Shown here one piece after another: positions 44,924-54,997 of a DNA stretch of 64,000 bases. A program made the translations under genes and the position numbers. Origin of the DNA: a virus; the IMG/VR virus record IMGVR_UViG_3300032524_000070; one strand, written 5' to 3'. The notes under the pieces were generated by a model. The model had not been told where the DNA came from and did no database searches. It worked only from the letters and a program-made list of their open reading frames with translations. The first letter of the stretch is position 1, and every line of letters starts with the position of its first letter.

Positions 44924-47910
44924 TGCCCGTCGATGACAGAACCGGCCAGTGGGGGACTCTCAGCCTCACCATCCCCGACTTCCTTGGGGACGTGCGGGAT
45001 GCCATCAACGACTTCGCGGAGCTGCTCATCAGCGTCCTGGAGATCGTCAACCAGGCGTTGGAGTTCGTGAAGGCCTTCATCAAGGGCTACATCGACCCGA
45101 TGGTCATCCTCATCGAGGCCATCATCGACGAGATCGTGGCCATCCTGACCGACCTGCGGGAGATCGGCCTCTACATCACCGGGGACTGGGCCTTGCTCGG
45201 CTGGCCGCCAGAGGATCTGCGAGGCGGCTTCAGCGAGTACGAGCGGCGGATGATCGCCCGCCTGTCGGACCGAACCGACCCGACGCGGCCTGACTTCTCC
45301 AGCAAGATGAAGGTGCTGGGGTTCTTCGGCTACCTGTCCGTGGATCCCAGCGAGTTCGAGCGGCTCGTCAACTTCATCACCACCATCATCAAGATGTTCG
45401 GGTTGAGCTTCTTCCCGGACACCTCCGGCCTCCCGGTGCCGACCATCCAGGAGACCCTGTACGGCCCCGACACCGTGGGGGTCACGACAGCCTTCCAGTT
45501 CGGGGCGCTCAAGCAGGCTCTCACGGCGGACGGTGGTTCCCCTCCAGCCCGGTGTCGTGTGACCTGGACTACGCAGCCCGCGTCGCAGAAGCATCCGCTG
45601 AACCCCTTCCCGGTCATCGGCCCCTCTGGCTACATCGTCACCGTATCGACGCTGCCGAACGGCATCGCCCTCAAGTACGCCCGACCGAAGGCGAACACCG
45701 ACAAGAAACCGGCTGGTGGTGACCCCGACAAGCTGGCCCAGCCCCGCGAGTCCGGCTCCGTTCTCGACTTGAACGGGACGCCCCTGGTGCTCCACGGTGG
45801 GGCAGAGATGCTGGCCTTCCAGGATTCGGGCTTCGGCTACAACGAGCACATGGACGACGGCATCCCCGAGGACGGGAGCTGTCAGGTCTTTGGGATGCTC
45901 GACCCAGCCTCGAACGAGATCATCCCGTTGGAGCTGCTCGGTCAGGCTGATGCTCTGGGGACGGCCCTTGACGGCAAGGGCAAGGACTTCTATCTCCAGC
46001 GGACCTTCCTGGTGGGGGCGGGGGTGGCTCTCGCTCAGTGGTTCGCGGGGGAGTACAGCGCGGTATTCCACCTTGACGACATGCCCCGTGCAGCTCGCTT
46101 TGAGAAGCAGTCGGACGGGACGTTCGACCTGGTGGATGACGGCCCGGCGGCCAACTACTACGTCCGCGTCTGGGCGACGGGCAAGGAGGTCGCCGAGGCG
46201 ACCCGGATTCCGCAGTGGAACTTCGAGGCACAGCAGGCCAAGAACAACGCCACCACTTCCGGGCAGCCCTTCGTCGTCGGCCTCAAGTGCGGCCCCTCCG
46301 GCATCGGGATGCCCTCCGGCCCTCGCAAGATCACCTTCGTCAACGCCAACACGAACGAGTACCTGCACGCCCTGGAGACCGCCCTGATGGTGCTGGTCTT
46401 GAGCCGGTCGGACTTGCCGTTGCTGGACGAGCTGGTGGGCTCGAAGCCGGAGGCCACCGCACAGGGCTACCGCGACGGCAAGTGGGCCGGGCAGGGCTTC
46501 GCTCTGACAGCGACGGGTCTGGAGGACTCCAGGCACCTCGTCAGCCTGATGTACCCGAACACCAAGACGCTGGAGAAGCCGAACCAGTCGCCCCAGGCGT
46601 GGCGGACGGTGCTGTTCCAGAAGGTCCGCCAGATGGCACAGGACATCTACGAGCAGACCGGCCCGATGCCCGATGTCGAGAAGATCATCGTCGATGCGAC
46701 CACGGAGCTGCGGACGCTCTCGTGGGATGCCCTGCTCGACTCGGACGACGCCGCAGGGGGTCGTCAGTACGTGTCGGCTGTCGAGGCGCTGGACACGGAG
46801 CCACCTCCGATGTTCAAGGCGCTGGACCCGAAGAATCCCGTGGCCGGGATGTCCGAGTTCGGCATCGCCCCGAATGTCATGTCGATGGGTGTCGCTGCAC
46901 AGGACGTGGAGACGTTGTTCTACGACCCGGTGGATGGGGGGCAGGGGCCGCTGCGGCATCGGGCCAGTGACTTCGTGCTCTGGGACGGCGGCAGCATCGA
47001 GATCGTCTACGAGGAGTCCGACCCGGGGAACGTCCGTGCGCTCAAGGCCAGCTCGCCAGCGAGTCTGGTCCGCATCTACGACAAGTTCACGGACAAGGAC
47101 GGCAAGCTGCTCGTCCCCGAGGACTGGCGGCAGTATTTCCAGGCGGTCGAGGCACAGTCGAAGGTGGTGGGCTCCGCTGACAAGGCCCCCGTCTTCGTAT
47201 CTGGAGCCTCGCAACTGGTGAAGTACACCAAGAGCGGCAGCTTGGTCGCTGCGTGGCCCGGAGCCCTTTTCTTGCGGGGCCTCTTCCGGCTCTATGAAGA
47301 CGGGCTTCTCTACCAGCAGGCGGCCATCGCCCTGCGGGTGGCTACGGCGGCATCGAGCCGGGCACCGGAGGACGGCGAGTGGATTGCCATGCGGCTGTTC
47401 GATGCCTTCCCGGAGCTGGAGACGTTCCTGAACGCGGTCGAGAACTGGGTGAAGTCCCTTGCGTCCGCCGCACAGTCGATGGCGGACGCCATCATCAAGT
47501 ACATCGAGTTCGTGCAGGCGCAGATCGTGGAGCTACAGCAGCTCATCGGTCGCATCAACGGCTTGATCCAGTCGTTCCTGTCCTTCAGCTTCGCTCTGCC
47601 GGAGTTCAGCGGCCTGATGCTGTTGTCGGACGGCACGGACGGGGTGATGTCCGACCTGGTGACGGCCAAGAACAAGCCCTCGGACAGCCCCCTGTCCTAC
47701 GCAGGCGGTCTGGCTCTCGTGATCCCCTTCGGCCCGTCCTTCATCTTCGACCTCATCGCTCTGGCTGGTGGGGAGGACAACGAGGGCTCGACCCCCAATC
47801 CAGACCCCAACGTCGCCATGACGATGATCGGGGCTCCAGACGCCATCGGCATCGAGCAGATCCCGCCGGGTGCTGGGCCAGCCCCGACCGATGAACCCGA
47901 CGTGCTGTAG
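44923..47910 (+). CDS. Virion-associated protein with N- and C-terminal amphipathic helices (995 aa)
   Basis: Coupled ORF. The ends FAELLISVLEIVNQALEFVKAFIKG and LETFLNAVENWVKSL...IEFVQAQIVELQQLI are helical. Confidence 0.7.
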   Translation: MPVDDRTGQWGTLSLTIPDFLGDVRDAINDFAELLISVLEIVNQALEFVKAFIKGYIDPMVILIEAIIDEIVAILTDLREIGLYITGDWALLGWPPEDLRGGFSEYERRMIARLSDRTDPTRPDFSSKMKVLGFFGYLSVDPSEFERLVNFITTIIKMFGLSFFPDTSGLPVPTIQETLYGPDTVGVTTAFQFGALKQALTADGGSPPARCRVTWTTQPASQKHPLNPFPVIGPSGYIVTVSTLPNGIALKYARPKANTDKKPAGGDPDKLAQPRESGSVLDLNGTPLVLHGGAEMLAFQDSGFGYNEHMDDGIPEDGSCQVFGMLDPASNEIIPLELLGQADALGTALDGKGKDFYLQRTFLVGAGVALAQWFAGEYSAVFHLDDMPRAARFEKQSDGTFDLVDDGPAANYYVRVWATGKEVAEATRIPQWNFEAQQAKNNATTSGQPFVVGLKCGPSGIGMPSGPRKITFVNANTNEYLHALETALMVLVLSRSDLPLLDELVGSKPEATAQGYRDGKWAGQGFALTATGLEDSRHLVSLMYPNTKTLEKPNQSPQAWRTVLFQKVRQMAQDIYEQTGPMPDVEKIIVDATTELRTLSWDALLDSDDAAGGRQYVSAVEALDTEPPPMFKALDPKNPVAGMSEFGIAPNVMSMGVAAQDVETLFYDPVDGGQGPLRHRASDFVLWDGGSIEIVYEESDPGNVRALKASSPASLVRIYDKFTDKDGKLLVPEDWRQYFQAVEAQSKVVGSADKAPVFVSGASQLVKYTKSGSLVAAWPGALFLRGLFRLYEDGLLYQQAAIALRVATAASSRAPEDGEWIAMRLFDAFPELETFLNAVENWVKSLASAAQSMADAIIKYIEFVQAQIVELQQLIGRINGLIQSFLSFSFALPEFSGLMLLSDGTDGVMSDLVTAKNKPSDSPLSYAGGLALVIPFGPSFIFDLIALAGGEDNEGSTPNPDPNVAMTMIGAPDAIGIEQIPPGAGPAPTDEPDVL

Positions 47911-47918
47911 GAGCTGCC

Positions 47919-48821
47919 ATGCCGTCGTTCACCAAGATGGGCAGCTTCCCGGTCGGATACTTCCGGGCGACGACTGCATGGCTGTTGCGGGAGCGGCGGG
48001 ATGTCGTGACCCGCATCGCCACGTTGCAGGCAGAGATGGCCCGCATCGGCTTCGTCACCATGAACTACCGGAAGGTCAAGGAGGGCGACAGCACCAAGGC
48101 GACGGCAGAACGCCTCGGCTTCTCCATCCCAGAGGGCACGAGCCTCGCCCGGCTGGTCCAGGCGTACATCGCCACAGGCGGCAACCCGTTCAACATCTCC
48201 GGCTTCCTCCACCCGAACACCACAGAGGTATCTCCGGCGGCGGACGGTGGCGTGTCCGTGGCACAGGACTACCCCGGTGGTGGGGCTCCAGGAGCGCAGT
48301 CAGTCGCCTACGACAACCCCCTGCCCGAAGGCCCCAAGGACGGCAGCACGAACCCTCAGAAGTCCGGCTACGAGGCCTACGAGGGCGGCTACATCGACCA
48401 CCCTGGCTACAAGCCTGCCCGGCAGGGCGGCAGGATGGACCGGGGCTCCTGGGATGACGCCACGGTCGTCCGGGTGATGCACGACACCCGCAACTGGGCG
48501 AACAAGGAGATCAAGGCCCGGCTCCAGAACAAGGAGTGGCAGATCATCAAGCTCTCCGACTGCTGGGAGCAGCTCCGGGTGGAGCGGGATGAAGTGCTCA
48601 TGGAGGCGTTCGGCGGGCAGTTGGTTGACCTGCCCGCCATGGACGACGAGACGTTCGACACCAAGCGGCTCTGCCAGGTCATCATCGCCGACATGTACGC
48701 GCTCCTGTTCGACGTGGATGACTCCGGCATCCCGACCGGATTCAAGCCGAGTCCCACCCTCGGTCTGCTCTATTTCGCCTACGAGGACGTGCCCGGGGAC
48801 GACGCAGGCCCCATGGGCTGA
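47919..48821 (+). CDS. Hypothetical virion-module protein (300 aa)
   Basis: RBS AGGAG, codon bias, short coiled-coil segments. Confidence 0.7.
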   Translation: MPSFTKMGSFPVGYFRATTAWLLRERRDVVTRIATLQAEMARIGFVTMNYRKVKEGDSTKATAERLGFSIPEGTSLARLVQAYIATGGNPFNISGFLHPNTTEVSPAADGGVSVAQDYPGGGAPGAQSVAYDNPLPEGPKDGSTNPQKSGYEAYEGGYIDHPGYKPARQGGRMDRGSWDDATVVRVMHDTRNWANKEIKARLQNKEWQIIKLSDCWEQLRVERDEVLMEAFGGQLVDLPAMDDETFDTKRLCQVIIADMYALLFDVDDSGIPTGFKPSPTLGLLYFAYEDVPGDDAGPMG

Positions 48822-48853
48822 CGGTTTCGGGCCTATACCTCGCCAGTGGTGAG
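48822..48853 (+). promoter_or_regulatory. Putative phage late promoter (class III)
   Basis: CGGT-TTCGGGC-CTAT-N12-GTGAG fills the gap before RBS AGGAGG. Confidence 0.6.
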
Positions 48854-48867
48854 GCCCTAGGAGGTTC

Positions 48868-50043
48868 ATGTCCCTGGAGTTCCAGCTCGCATTCCCCTGT
48901 CCACATCTGACGGTGGAAGAGGTGGTGTCCCTTGGAGACGATAGGCGGTCGCTAAACACGCGACAGCCGGTGGCGTCTGCCGGACAGGTGCGTGTGCTCG
49001 TCAACGACGACTTCTCCATCCCCCGCGAGGGCGTGCTCTCGGCAGCCGTGCTCTCCAGCTCGGTCTCTGGCCCCTTCGACATCATCGAGAACGAGGACAC
49101 CCTCACGGTCGAGGCCAGTGGCGGTACGGCCACCTTGTCCTTCGGGGCGGTGGGGACCATCCGGCTGACGACGGATCAGGTCGTCCGGCGGACGACCATC
49201 GCTGGCTGGGAGCACGTCGAGGTCCGCAACGACAACGGCCACATGGTCTTCGTGGACATCAACAAGGTCGGCCCCTCGGCCTTCGTCAAGGTGCGAGGCA
49301 CGGTGGCCTCTGCTCTGGGCTTCGGTCAGCCGACGCTCTCGGGCAGGCAGTGGGCGGCCTACGGCAAGGAGGTCTACCCCGGGTGGGACCTGTACCTCCG
49401 GCCCGACACCATCACCAACCGCTTCCCCCGGTTCCGCAAGCCGCTCCGCTTGAACCCGATGCTCAAGGTGACCTATGCCGTCCCGGTGCAGCGGTGCCTG
49501 CGATGCCAGGCGGGCTTCATCGAGAACGACTTCCGGTTCGACGCCAGCGGCAACATGCTGCTCATTCAGAACGAGGACTTGCTCTACCAGGCGGCCCTCA
49601 AGATTCTGCTGACCGACCGGGGCTCCAACCCCTTCTTCCCGTGGTACGGCACGACCATCCGGGAGCGCATCGGCAGCAAGGCTCTGTCCGGCGTCGCATC
49701 GGTCCTCAGCGAGGACGTGCGGAAGGCCCTGAGCCGCGTCCAGTCGCTTCAGACGGAGCAGGCGAAGTACCAGCAGGTCACGTTCAAGGAACGGCTCTAC
49801 AGCGTCCTGGCGGTGGACGTGAAGCGCCACACGCAGGACGCGAGCACCTATCTCATCGAGGTCACGGTGCAGAACGCTTCTGGGGAGCCCATCTCCCTCA
49901 ACATCGTCTTCTCGGTGCCCGAGGTGGTGGCCCTGATGGGGAGCAACGGCTTGATGCTAGGCGCGAAGTCAGCAGGGCTCGGGACCACAGAGGCCCGCCA
50001 GCTCTTCAAGAATGACCGCAACCTGCTGACCGGAGGCCAGTGA
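48868..50043 (+). CDS. Baseplate wedge / sheath initiator, gp25 (GPW)-like, with N-terminal extension
   Basis: DFRFDASG......EDLLYQAALKILLT.RGSNPF.PWYGT....IG is the gp25 signature in the C-terminal half. Confidence 0.85.
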   Translation: MSLEFQLAFPCPHLTVEEVVSLGDDRRSLNTRQPVASAGQVRVLVNDDFSIPREGVLSAAVLSSSVSGPFDIIENEDTLTVEASGGTATLSFGAVGTIRLTTDQVVRRTTIAGWEHVEVRNDNGHMVFVDINKVGPSAFVKVRGTVASALGFGQPTLSGRQWAAYGKEVYPGWDLYLRPDTITNRFPRFRKPLRLNPMLKVTYAVPVQRCLRCQAGFIENDFRFDASGNMLLIQNEDLLYQAALKILLTDRGSNPFFPWYGTTIRERIGSKALSGVASVLSEDVRKALSRVQSLQTEQAKYQQVTFKERLYSVLAVDVKRHTQDASTYLIEVTVQNASGEPISLNIVFSVPEVVALMGSNGLMLGAKSAGLGTTEARQLFKNDRNLLTGGQ

Positions 50044-53000
50044 TGGCTGCATACCCAGAGTTCCGAGGCCCGGACGGCACGCTCCGGCAGAAGTTCATCC
50101 TCTCCACGACCCTCCCGAACCAGGTGTTCACCGGGGCCATGCCCCTCGACACGGTGGACATGCAGGTGTCGGTGCGAGGCGGGACGTACACCAGCGACCC
50201 CGACTACATCACCTTCGAGGGTACCGGCTTCACGGTCCCCAACCCGTCCGCCTTCCCTGACGGCCTCCAGCTCCTTCCGGGCAGCAACGAGATCAAGGTC
50301 AAGGCCATCCTCTCCACAGGGTCGGTCACGCAGGAGGCAATTCTCCAGGCCAACCTCTCGCTCGAAGCGGACATCGGCGACCTGGCTGACCCACCGACCG
50401 GCATCTTCTTGGAGCGGTTCAACTCGACGGTCAGGGTCACGGTCGAGGGCCTGACCAACACGAACGTCGCGGGCTACCACTTCTACGCCTCCACTCAGCC
50501 GGGTGGCGGTGACGTGGGCTACTTCCGCATCAACCCCTCGCTGGTCATCTCCGGCGAGGTGGTGGAGGCCACGGACGCCCTGGCGACCCTCTCGGTCGAT
50601 GCGAGCATCGTGCTCGACTCCGAGGGCTTCCACGCGGCTGACCCACTGAACTTCCGGTTCCGGGGCACACAGGAGGACAGAGACGACCTGGTGCTGGGCA
50701 TCAACTTCGATGAGCTGCTGGAGGTCCCGGAGACGGCCAGCAAGCTCCGCATCGCCACGATCATCCAGACGGTGCGGGAGACCCAGCAGTACACCTTCGA
50801 GCACGACCGGCAGGCGTCGCTGGAGAGCACTTTCCCTGCTCTGCCACACGCTGATCTGGCGACGGTGCCGGAGGCCGACCCGCTCTACTACGTCGCCACG
50901 GCCATCCACATCATCAACGGCGAGGAGATCGAGAGCTTCTTCAGCCCGGAGGTGCTGGGGGCTCCCCTGCGGATCACCCCGTCCGTGGGCTCGTTCCCGC
51001 AGGTCACCCGTCAGCAGATGGTCAAGGGAGCCGTCCTGTCCATCTACCGGAGCCAGCCGCAGGTCCGGGTGGACCCGGGCTCAGCTCTGCGGGACACGTT
51101 CATCGACCCCTTCACGACCGAGGCGGATCGTGTCCGGTTCATCATCGACTTCCTGCACAACGCCCAGAGCTTCCCGACGCTGCTGCTCATCGACGACCCC
51201 GGCTTCACCGGCACGTCGATCCCTGTCGCGCAGTCGTCGTACAAGACGGCCTTGCGGGAGGCGTTCTTCCTGACATCGGACGCCCAGGTCCAGACGATCA
51301 TCGACAACGCCTTCGACAAGCTCGCCAGCAACTACGGCGTCATCCGGGACGGCGGCAAGCGAGCCCGAGGCGAGGTCACCTTCTTCGTGACCAACCGGCC
51401 CACGACCTCCATCACCAAGACCATCGGGACCATCTGCCTGGGTGGTGGGACGACGTTCCGCACGACATCCACTGCTGTCATCTCGCCCACGGGAGCCGGA
51501 CGGAACTTCAACCCGTCCACGGGTCGCTACTTCGGCAGGGCCTTCATCCAGGCAGACGCGGCTGGATCTGCGGGCAACCTGTCCGAGGGGCAGGTGTCGG
51601 TCATCTCCAACAACACGTTGAACGTCCAGGTGACCAACGAGTCCAGGACGTTCGGCGGCACCGACAGGCAGTCGAACCGCGACATCGCTCTCGAAGCCAT
51701 GCGGGTCATCGCCTCCGTGGATTCGGGTACCCGCATGGGGTACGTGGACAACGCCATCAAGACGCCGGGCGTCGAGCAGGTGAGCGTCATCGAGTCCGGT
51801 CACGCCTTGATGATGCGGGACCGCAACGACGCGGGCCGCCACGTCGGCGGCAAGGTGGACATCTACCTGCGGGGCAGCTCCGAGGCCAAGGTCACGGACT
51901 CGTTCGCCTTCGGCTTCCAGACCCGCCAGGCCCAGCAGTTCGAGCCGGTCGGCGACCTGGCGACTCTGCGCTTCCGGGCGGTGGACCCGGCCCTCTCGGC
52001 TGAGAACCCGCTCATCGAGATGCTGGACCTGCCCAGCATCGATCTGGTCTTCGAGAACGCCAGCAAGAGCCTGGTGTTCGACCTGACCGACGTGCAGTAC
52101 GTCGCCTACGACCAGATCCAGCTCGACGCAGCTCTCAACGACCCCACGAGCCATGACCTCGACGACGAGTACCGGGGTAGCTACCGCTACCGCACGTCGG
52201 ACAAGTTCGTGATGACCCGCCAGCCCGTCATTTCGGTGACCAGCTTCGTGGGTGCTCAGACCGGGGCACTGGTCGAGGGCATCTACGACCTCTACCGGGC
52301 GTCCGACCCGCTGGAGCTGGGCCGCTCCACGGACGCAGGCGACTACGTGCAGGTCACGGAGCCTCTGACCTCCGGGGCCACCATCCCCTCGTCTACGCCG
52401 ATCACGGTGCCCGGCGAGGCCCACACGATGCTCGACGGCATCGAGTACCTGAACAACCTGGGTGCCAACTTCTTGACGGTCCGGGTGTGGAACACCGAAC
52501 GGACCATCGAGTACAACGGCCCCCTCTCGACGGCCATCCGGGACTTCACCATTATCGACGGGACGGAGCGGGTGCCCCTCGGCCTCCAGCTCACGGACGG
52601 CAGCCGCATCGTCGAGGGCCAGTCGGTGCTGGTGGACTACTCGCACGACGAGAACTTCACCATCGAGTACCTGAGCAACGCGGTCGTTCGGGTCGTCCAG
52701 GAGAACATCGACAACGACTCCCACATCACGGCGGACGCCATCGCCAAGTGGGCGGTCGATGTCCCGGTGGACTTCACCGCCACCATCGTCCTGCTGGCCA
52801 ACACGAACGCCAACGTGGTGGACGGCCTTGTCCGTACTGCCCTGGCCCGGCTGTTCAACACCTTCGGTCTAGGCACAGCCGTCCGGCAGTCCGACGTGAT
52901 TCGCGCGATTGATGCCGTCGTCGGGGTCAGCTACGTCATCACCCCGTTGACCCTCATGGTCCGGGGCGACGGGGCACAGATCGTCCGCGAGGTGGTGACC

Positions 53001-53528
53001 ACCGACGCCGACACCGATGCGACGCTGGTGACGGCCTGGTCCTCCCCCACCGTCTCCGTCTACCTCCTCGTCAACGCTCTGGACGCGGCAACTTCAAACG
53101 CAGGTGGGCTCCGCAAGGAGTTCCGGGGCGTTTTCCAGGACGAGGTACGGCTCGTCCACCACGAGACAGCTCCGAACGTCAACGGCTTCCCGCTCCGGGG
53201 CTCCGCAGGTGGCAGCTTCATCATCGGGAGGGACGGGCTGAACATCCCGGGGGTCAGCGACGACGTGACCATCACGGCTGCCTACGTCCTGCCGTCCAAC
53301 GTGGACGAGAAGGCCGCCGAGATCCTCCGCATCCGCCGGGTGCTGACGGCGAACCGGGTGCTGGCGAGCTTCGTGCCGGGTGGGGTCATCCCGGACAGCC
53401 CGAAGCTGCACGACTACACGGTGACCTACGTGGTCAACGGCGACACCGGGGTCAAGAACATCGAGCCCGGCCCCATCGAGTACCTGACCATCGGTGACCT
53501 GAACTTCGTCTACGACGAGCGGACCTGA
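50043..53528 (+). CDS. Baseplate wedge protein, Baseplate J / gp6-like (about 1160 aa)
   Basis: VDPGSALRD.FIDP, DKLASNYGV.R..G.RARGEVTF, IQADAAGSAGN, GGTDRQSN, GGKVDIY, and C-terminal LGTAVRQSDVIRAIDAVVGVSY. Confidence 0.85.
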   Translation: MAAYPEFRGPDGTLRQKFILSTTLPNQVFTGAMPLDTVDMQVSVRGGTYTSDPDYITFEGTGFTVPNPSAFPDGLQLLPGSNEIKVKAILSTGSVTQEAILQANLSLEADIGDLADPPTGIFLERFNSTVRVTVEGLTNTNVAGYHFYASTQPGGGDVGYFRINPSLVISGEVVEATDALATLSVDASIVLDSEGFHAADPLNFRFRGTQEDRDDLVLGINFDELLEVPETASKLRIATIIQTVRETQQYTFEHDRQASLESTFPALPHADLATVPEADPLYYVATAIHIINGEEIESFFSPEVLGAPLRITPSVGSFPQVTRQQMVKGAVLSIYRSQPQVRVDPGSALRDTFIDPFTTEADRVRFIIDFLHNAQSFPTLLLIDDPGFTGTSIPVAQSSYKTALREAFFLTSDAQVQTIIDNAFDKLASNYGVIRDGGKRARGEVTFFVTNRPTTSITKTIGTICLGGGTTFRTTSTAVISPTGAGRNFNPSTGRYFGRAFIQADAAGSAGNLSEGQVSVISNNTLNVQVTNESRTFGGTDRQSNRDIALEAMRVIASVDSGTRMGYVDNAIKTPGVEQVSVIESGHALMMRDRNDAGRHVGGKVDIYLRGSSEAKVTDSFAFGFQTRQAQQFEPVGDLATLRFRAVDPALSAENPLIEMLDLPSIDLVFENASKSLVFDLTDVQYVAYDQIQLDAALNDPTSHDLDDEYRGSYRYRTSDKFVMTRQPVISVTSFVGAQTGALVEGIYDLYRASDPLELGRSTDAGDYVQVTEPLTSGATIPSSTPITVPGEAHTMLDGIEYLNNLGANFLTVRVWNTERTIEYNGPLSTAIRDFTIIDGTERVPLGLQLTDGSRIVEGQSVLVDYSHDENFTIEYLSNAVVRVVQENIDNDSHITADAIAKWAVDVPVDFTATIVLLANTNANVVDGLVRTALARLFNTFGLGTAVRQSDVIRAIDAVVGVSYVITPLTLMVRGDGAQIVREVVTTDADTDATLVTAWSSPTVSVYLLVNALDAATSNAGGLRKEFRGVFQDEVRLVHHETAPNVNGFPLRGSAGGSFIIGRDGLNIPGVSDDVTITAAYVLPSNVDEKAAEILRIRRVLTANRVLASFVPGGVIPDSPKLHDYTVTYVVNGDTGVKNIEPGPIEYLTIGDLNFVYDERT

Positions 53529-54934
53529 TGGCGGACAAGCCTGCCACCCCGAGTCTGCTCCCGACTCTGCTGACGCAGAATCCTGCCCCTGTGGGCGGGT
53601 CGGGTCAGGACCGGATCAAGGCGCGACGCGAGCAGGTGGACAGCATCATGTCTGTCTTCATGCAGGTGCTCCCGTCGAACTACGTCGCGCAGGTGCAGGG
53701 GCCGTTCTACACCGTCCAGTTCCAGGCAGCCGCAGAGGCCATCGCCGACTTCCAGATCACCGCGCAGGAAGCGTTCAGCGACTCCGACTACGACTACATG
53801 CGCGGCGAGTTCCTGTTTCAGCTCCTCGGCTCCCTGGTCTTCCCCGATGCGACGAGCGATGGCTACCCCACGCTCAAGGGTGACCTGACCTACCGCGAGT
53901 TCCTGAAGCGGATGGTGCTTCTGCTGCTCCAGGGGGCTACCAAGAGCACGGTCGAGGGTGGTCTGGACCTGCTCTCCGAGGCCACGTTCACGGTCATCGA
54001 GAAGGTCATCGCGGCCCGGGACACCAAGAAGAAGGTCTTCAACAAGGCCCTCGGCATCTACGAGATGCTGCCTGGCTCGGCCTGGGGCCTGGACGACCAG
54101 TTCGAGTTCGAGATCAACGTCTCCTACCTCGACCCGACCACGGGCACGCAGCGGTTCCCCGAAGACCCCTTCATCCTTTCTGAGAACGTCCGCATCGTCA
54201 TGCGGGCCTTGAAGCCTGCCCACACCCTCTACGAGTACCGGCACCTCTTCACAGAGGCGTTCGGAGCCATGTTCGACGGCTCTGTCTCCTGGGACCTGTC
54301 GAGCTACTACTACGCCGACTTTCGCCGCTTCTGCTGCGGTGCGAAGAACCTGACGGGGACGGCTGGCATCACCTGGACCGACCGCACGCTGTTCAGCGAC
54401 TCGACCCGCGAGTTCACCCAGCTCAAGGCCGGTTCGGATCTGGTCATCACCTCCGGCCCGAACAGCATCCACGTCGGCGGGACGGAAGGCACTGGAGCCT
54501 CCACAGACCGCCGCCACATCGGTCGCTACCGGGTCGTGGACGTGTTGACCTTCCCGGTAGGCACGGACGCTACCGCGAGGGCCTACACGACCTCTGGTGG
54601 CCTCTCAGGTACGGCCACGGTGGTCGGGAACGTGGTCGAGGACACGGCTCAGGACTGGAGTGCTGCGGCCAAGGGCGAGACCCTGACCTTCACGGAGGGG
54701 CCGAACGCAGGGACGTACCGGCTCAAGGCTGTGCTGGGCAACTACGGAGGCCCCGTGGGTGAGGCTCCTGGGCCTGGAACACGGGTACAGGTGGCATCGA
54801 GCCTCCTGCGAATCGAACGTCGAATGAAGCAAGCGACATCGGGCCAGAGCTACACGGTGACGGTGGACCGTCTAGGTGTGCAGGAGCCCCATGCGGTGGC
54901 GGGGGAAGATGCCTCCATCTACTTCGTCCTGTAG
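53528..54934 (+). CDS. Baseplate wedge protein (gpI/gp7-like)
   Basis: YREFLKRMVLLLLQGATKS..E and the IVMRALKPAHT motif directly follow baseplate J. Confidence 0.7.
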   Translation: MADKPATPSLLPTLLTQNPAPVGGSGQDRIKARREQVDSIMSVFMQVLPSNYVAQVQGPFYTVQFQAAAEAIADFQITAQEAFSDSDYDYMRGEFLFQLLGSLVFPDATSDGYPTLKGDLTYREFLKRMVLLLLQGATKSTVEGGLDLLSEATFTVIEKVIAARDTKKKVFNKALGIYEMLPGSAWGLDDQFEFEINVSYLDPTTGTQRFPEDPFILSENVRIVMRALKPAHTLYEYRHLFTEAFGAMFDGSVSWDLSSYYYADFRRFCCGAKNLTGTAGITWTDRTLFSDSTREFTQLKAGSDLVITSGPNSIHVGGTEGTGASTDRRHIGRYRVVDVLTFPVGTDATARAYTTSGGLSGTATVVGNVVEDTAQDWSAAAKGETLTFTEGPNAGTYRLKAVLGNYGGPVGEAPGPGTRVQVASSLLRIERRMKQATSGQSYTVTVDRLGVQEPHAVAGEDASIYFVL

Positions 54935-54949
54935 CTGCCAAGAATCAGC

Positions 54950-54971
54950 CTATACGGCGGGGGAAGGTGAG
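54950..54971 (+). promoter_or_regulatory. Putative phage late promoter (class III variant)
   Basis: CTAT-N13-GTGAG upstream of ATG 54998. The upstream CGGT is absent. Confidence 0.4.
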
Positions 54972-54997
54972 GGCCTCGTGCTCCAACGGAGGATCGA

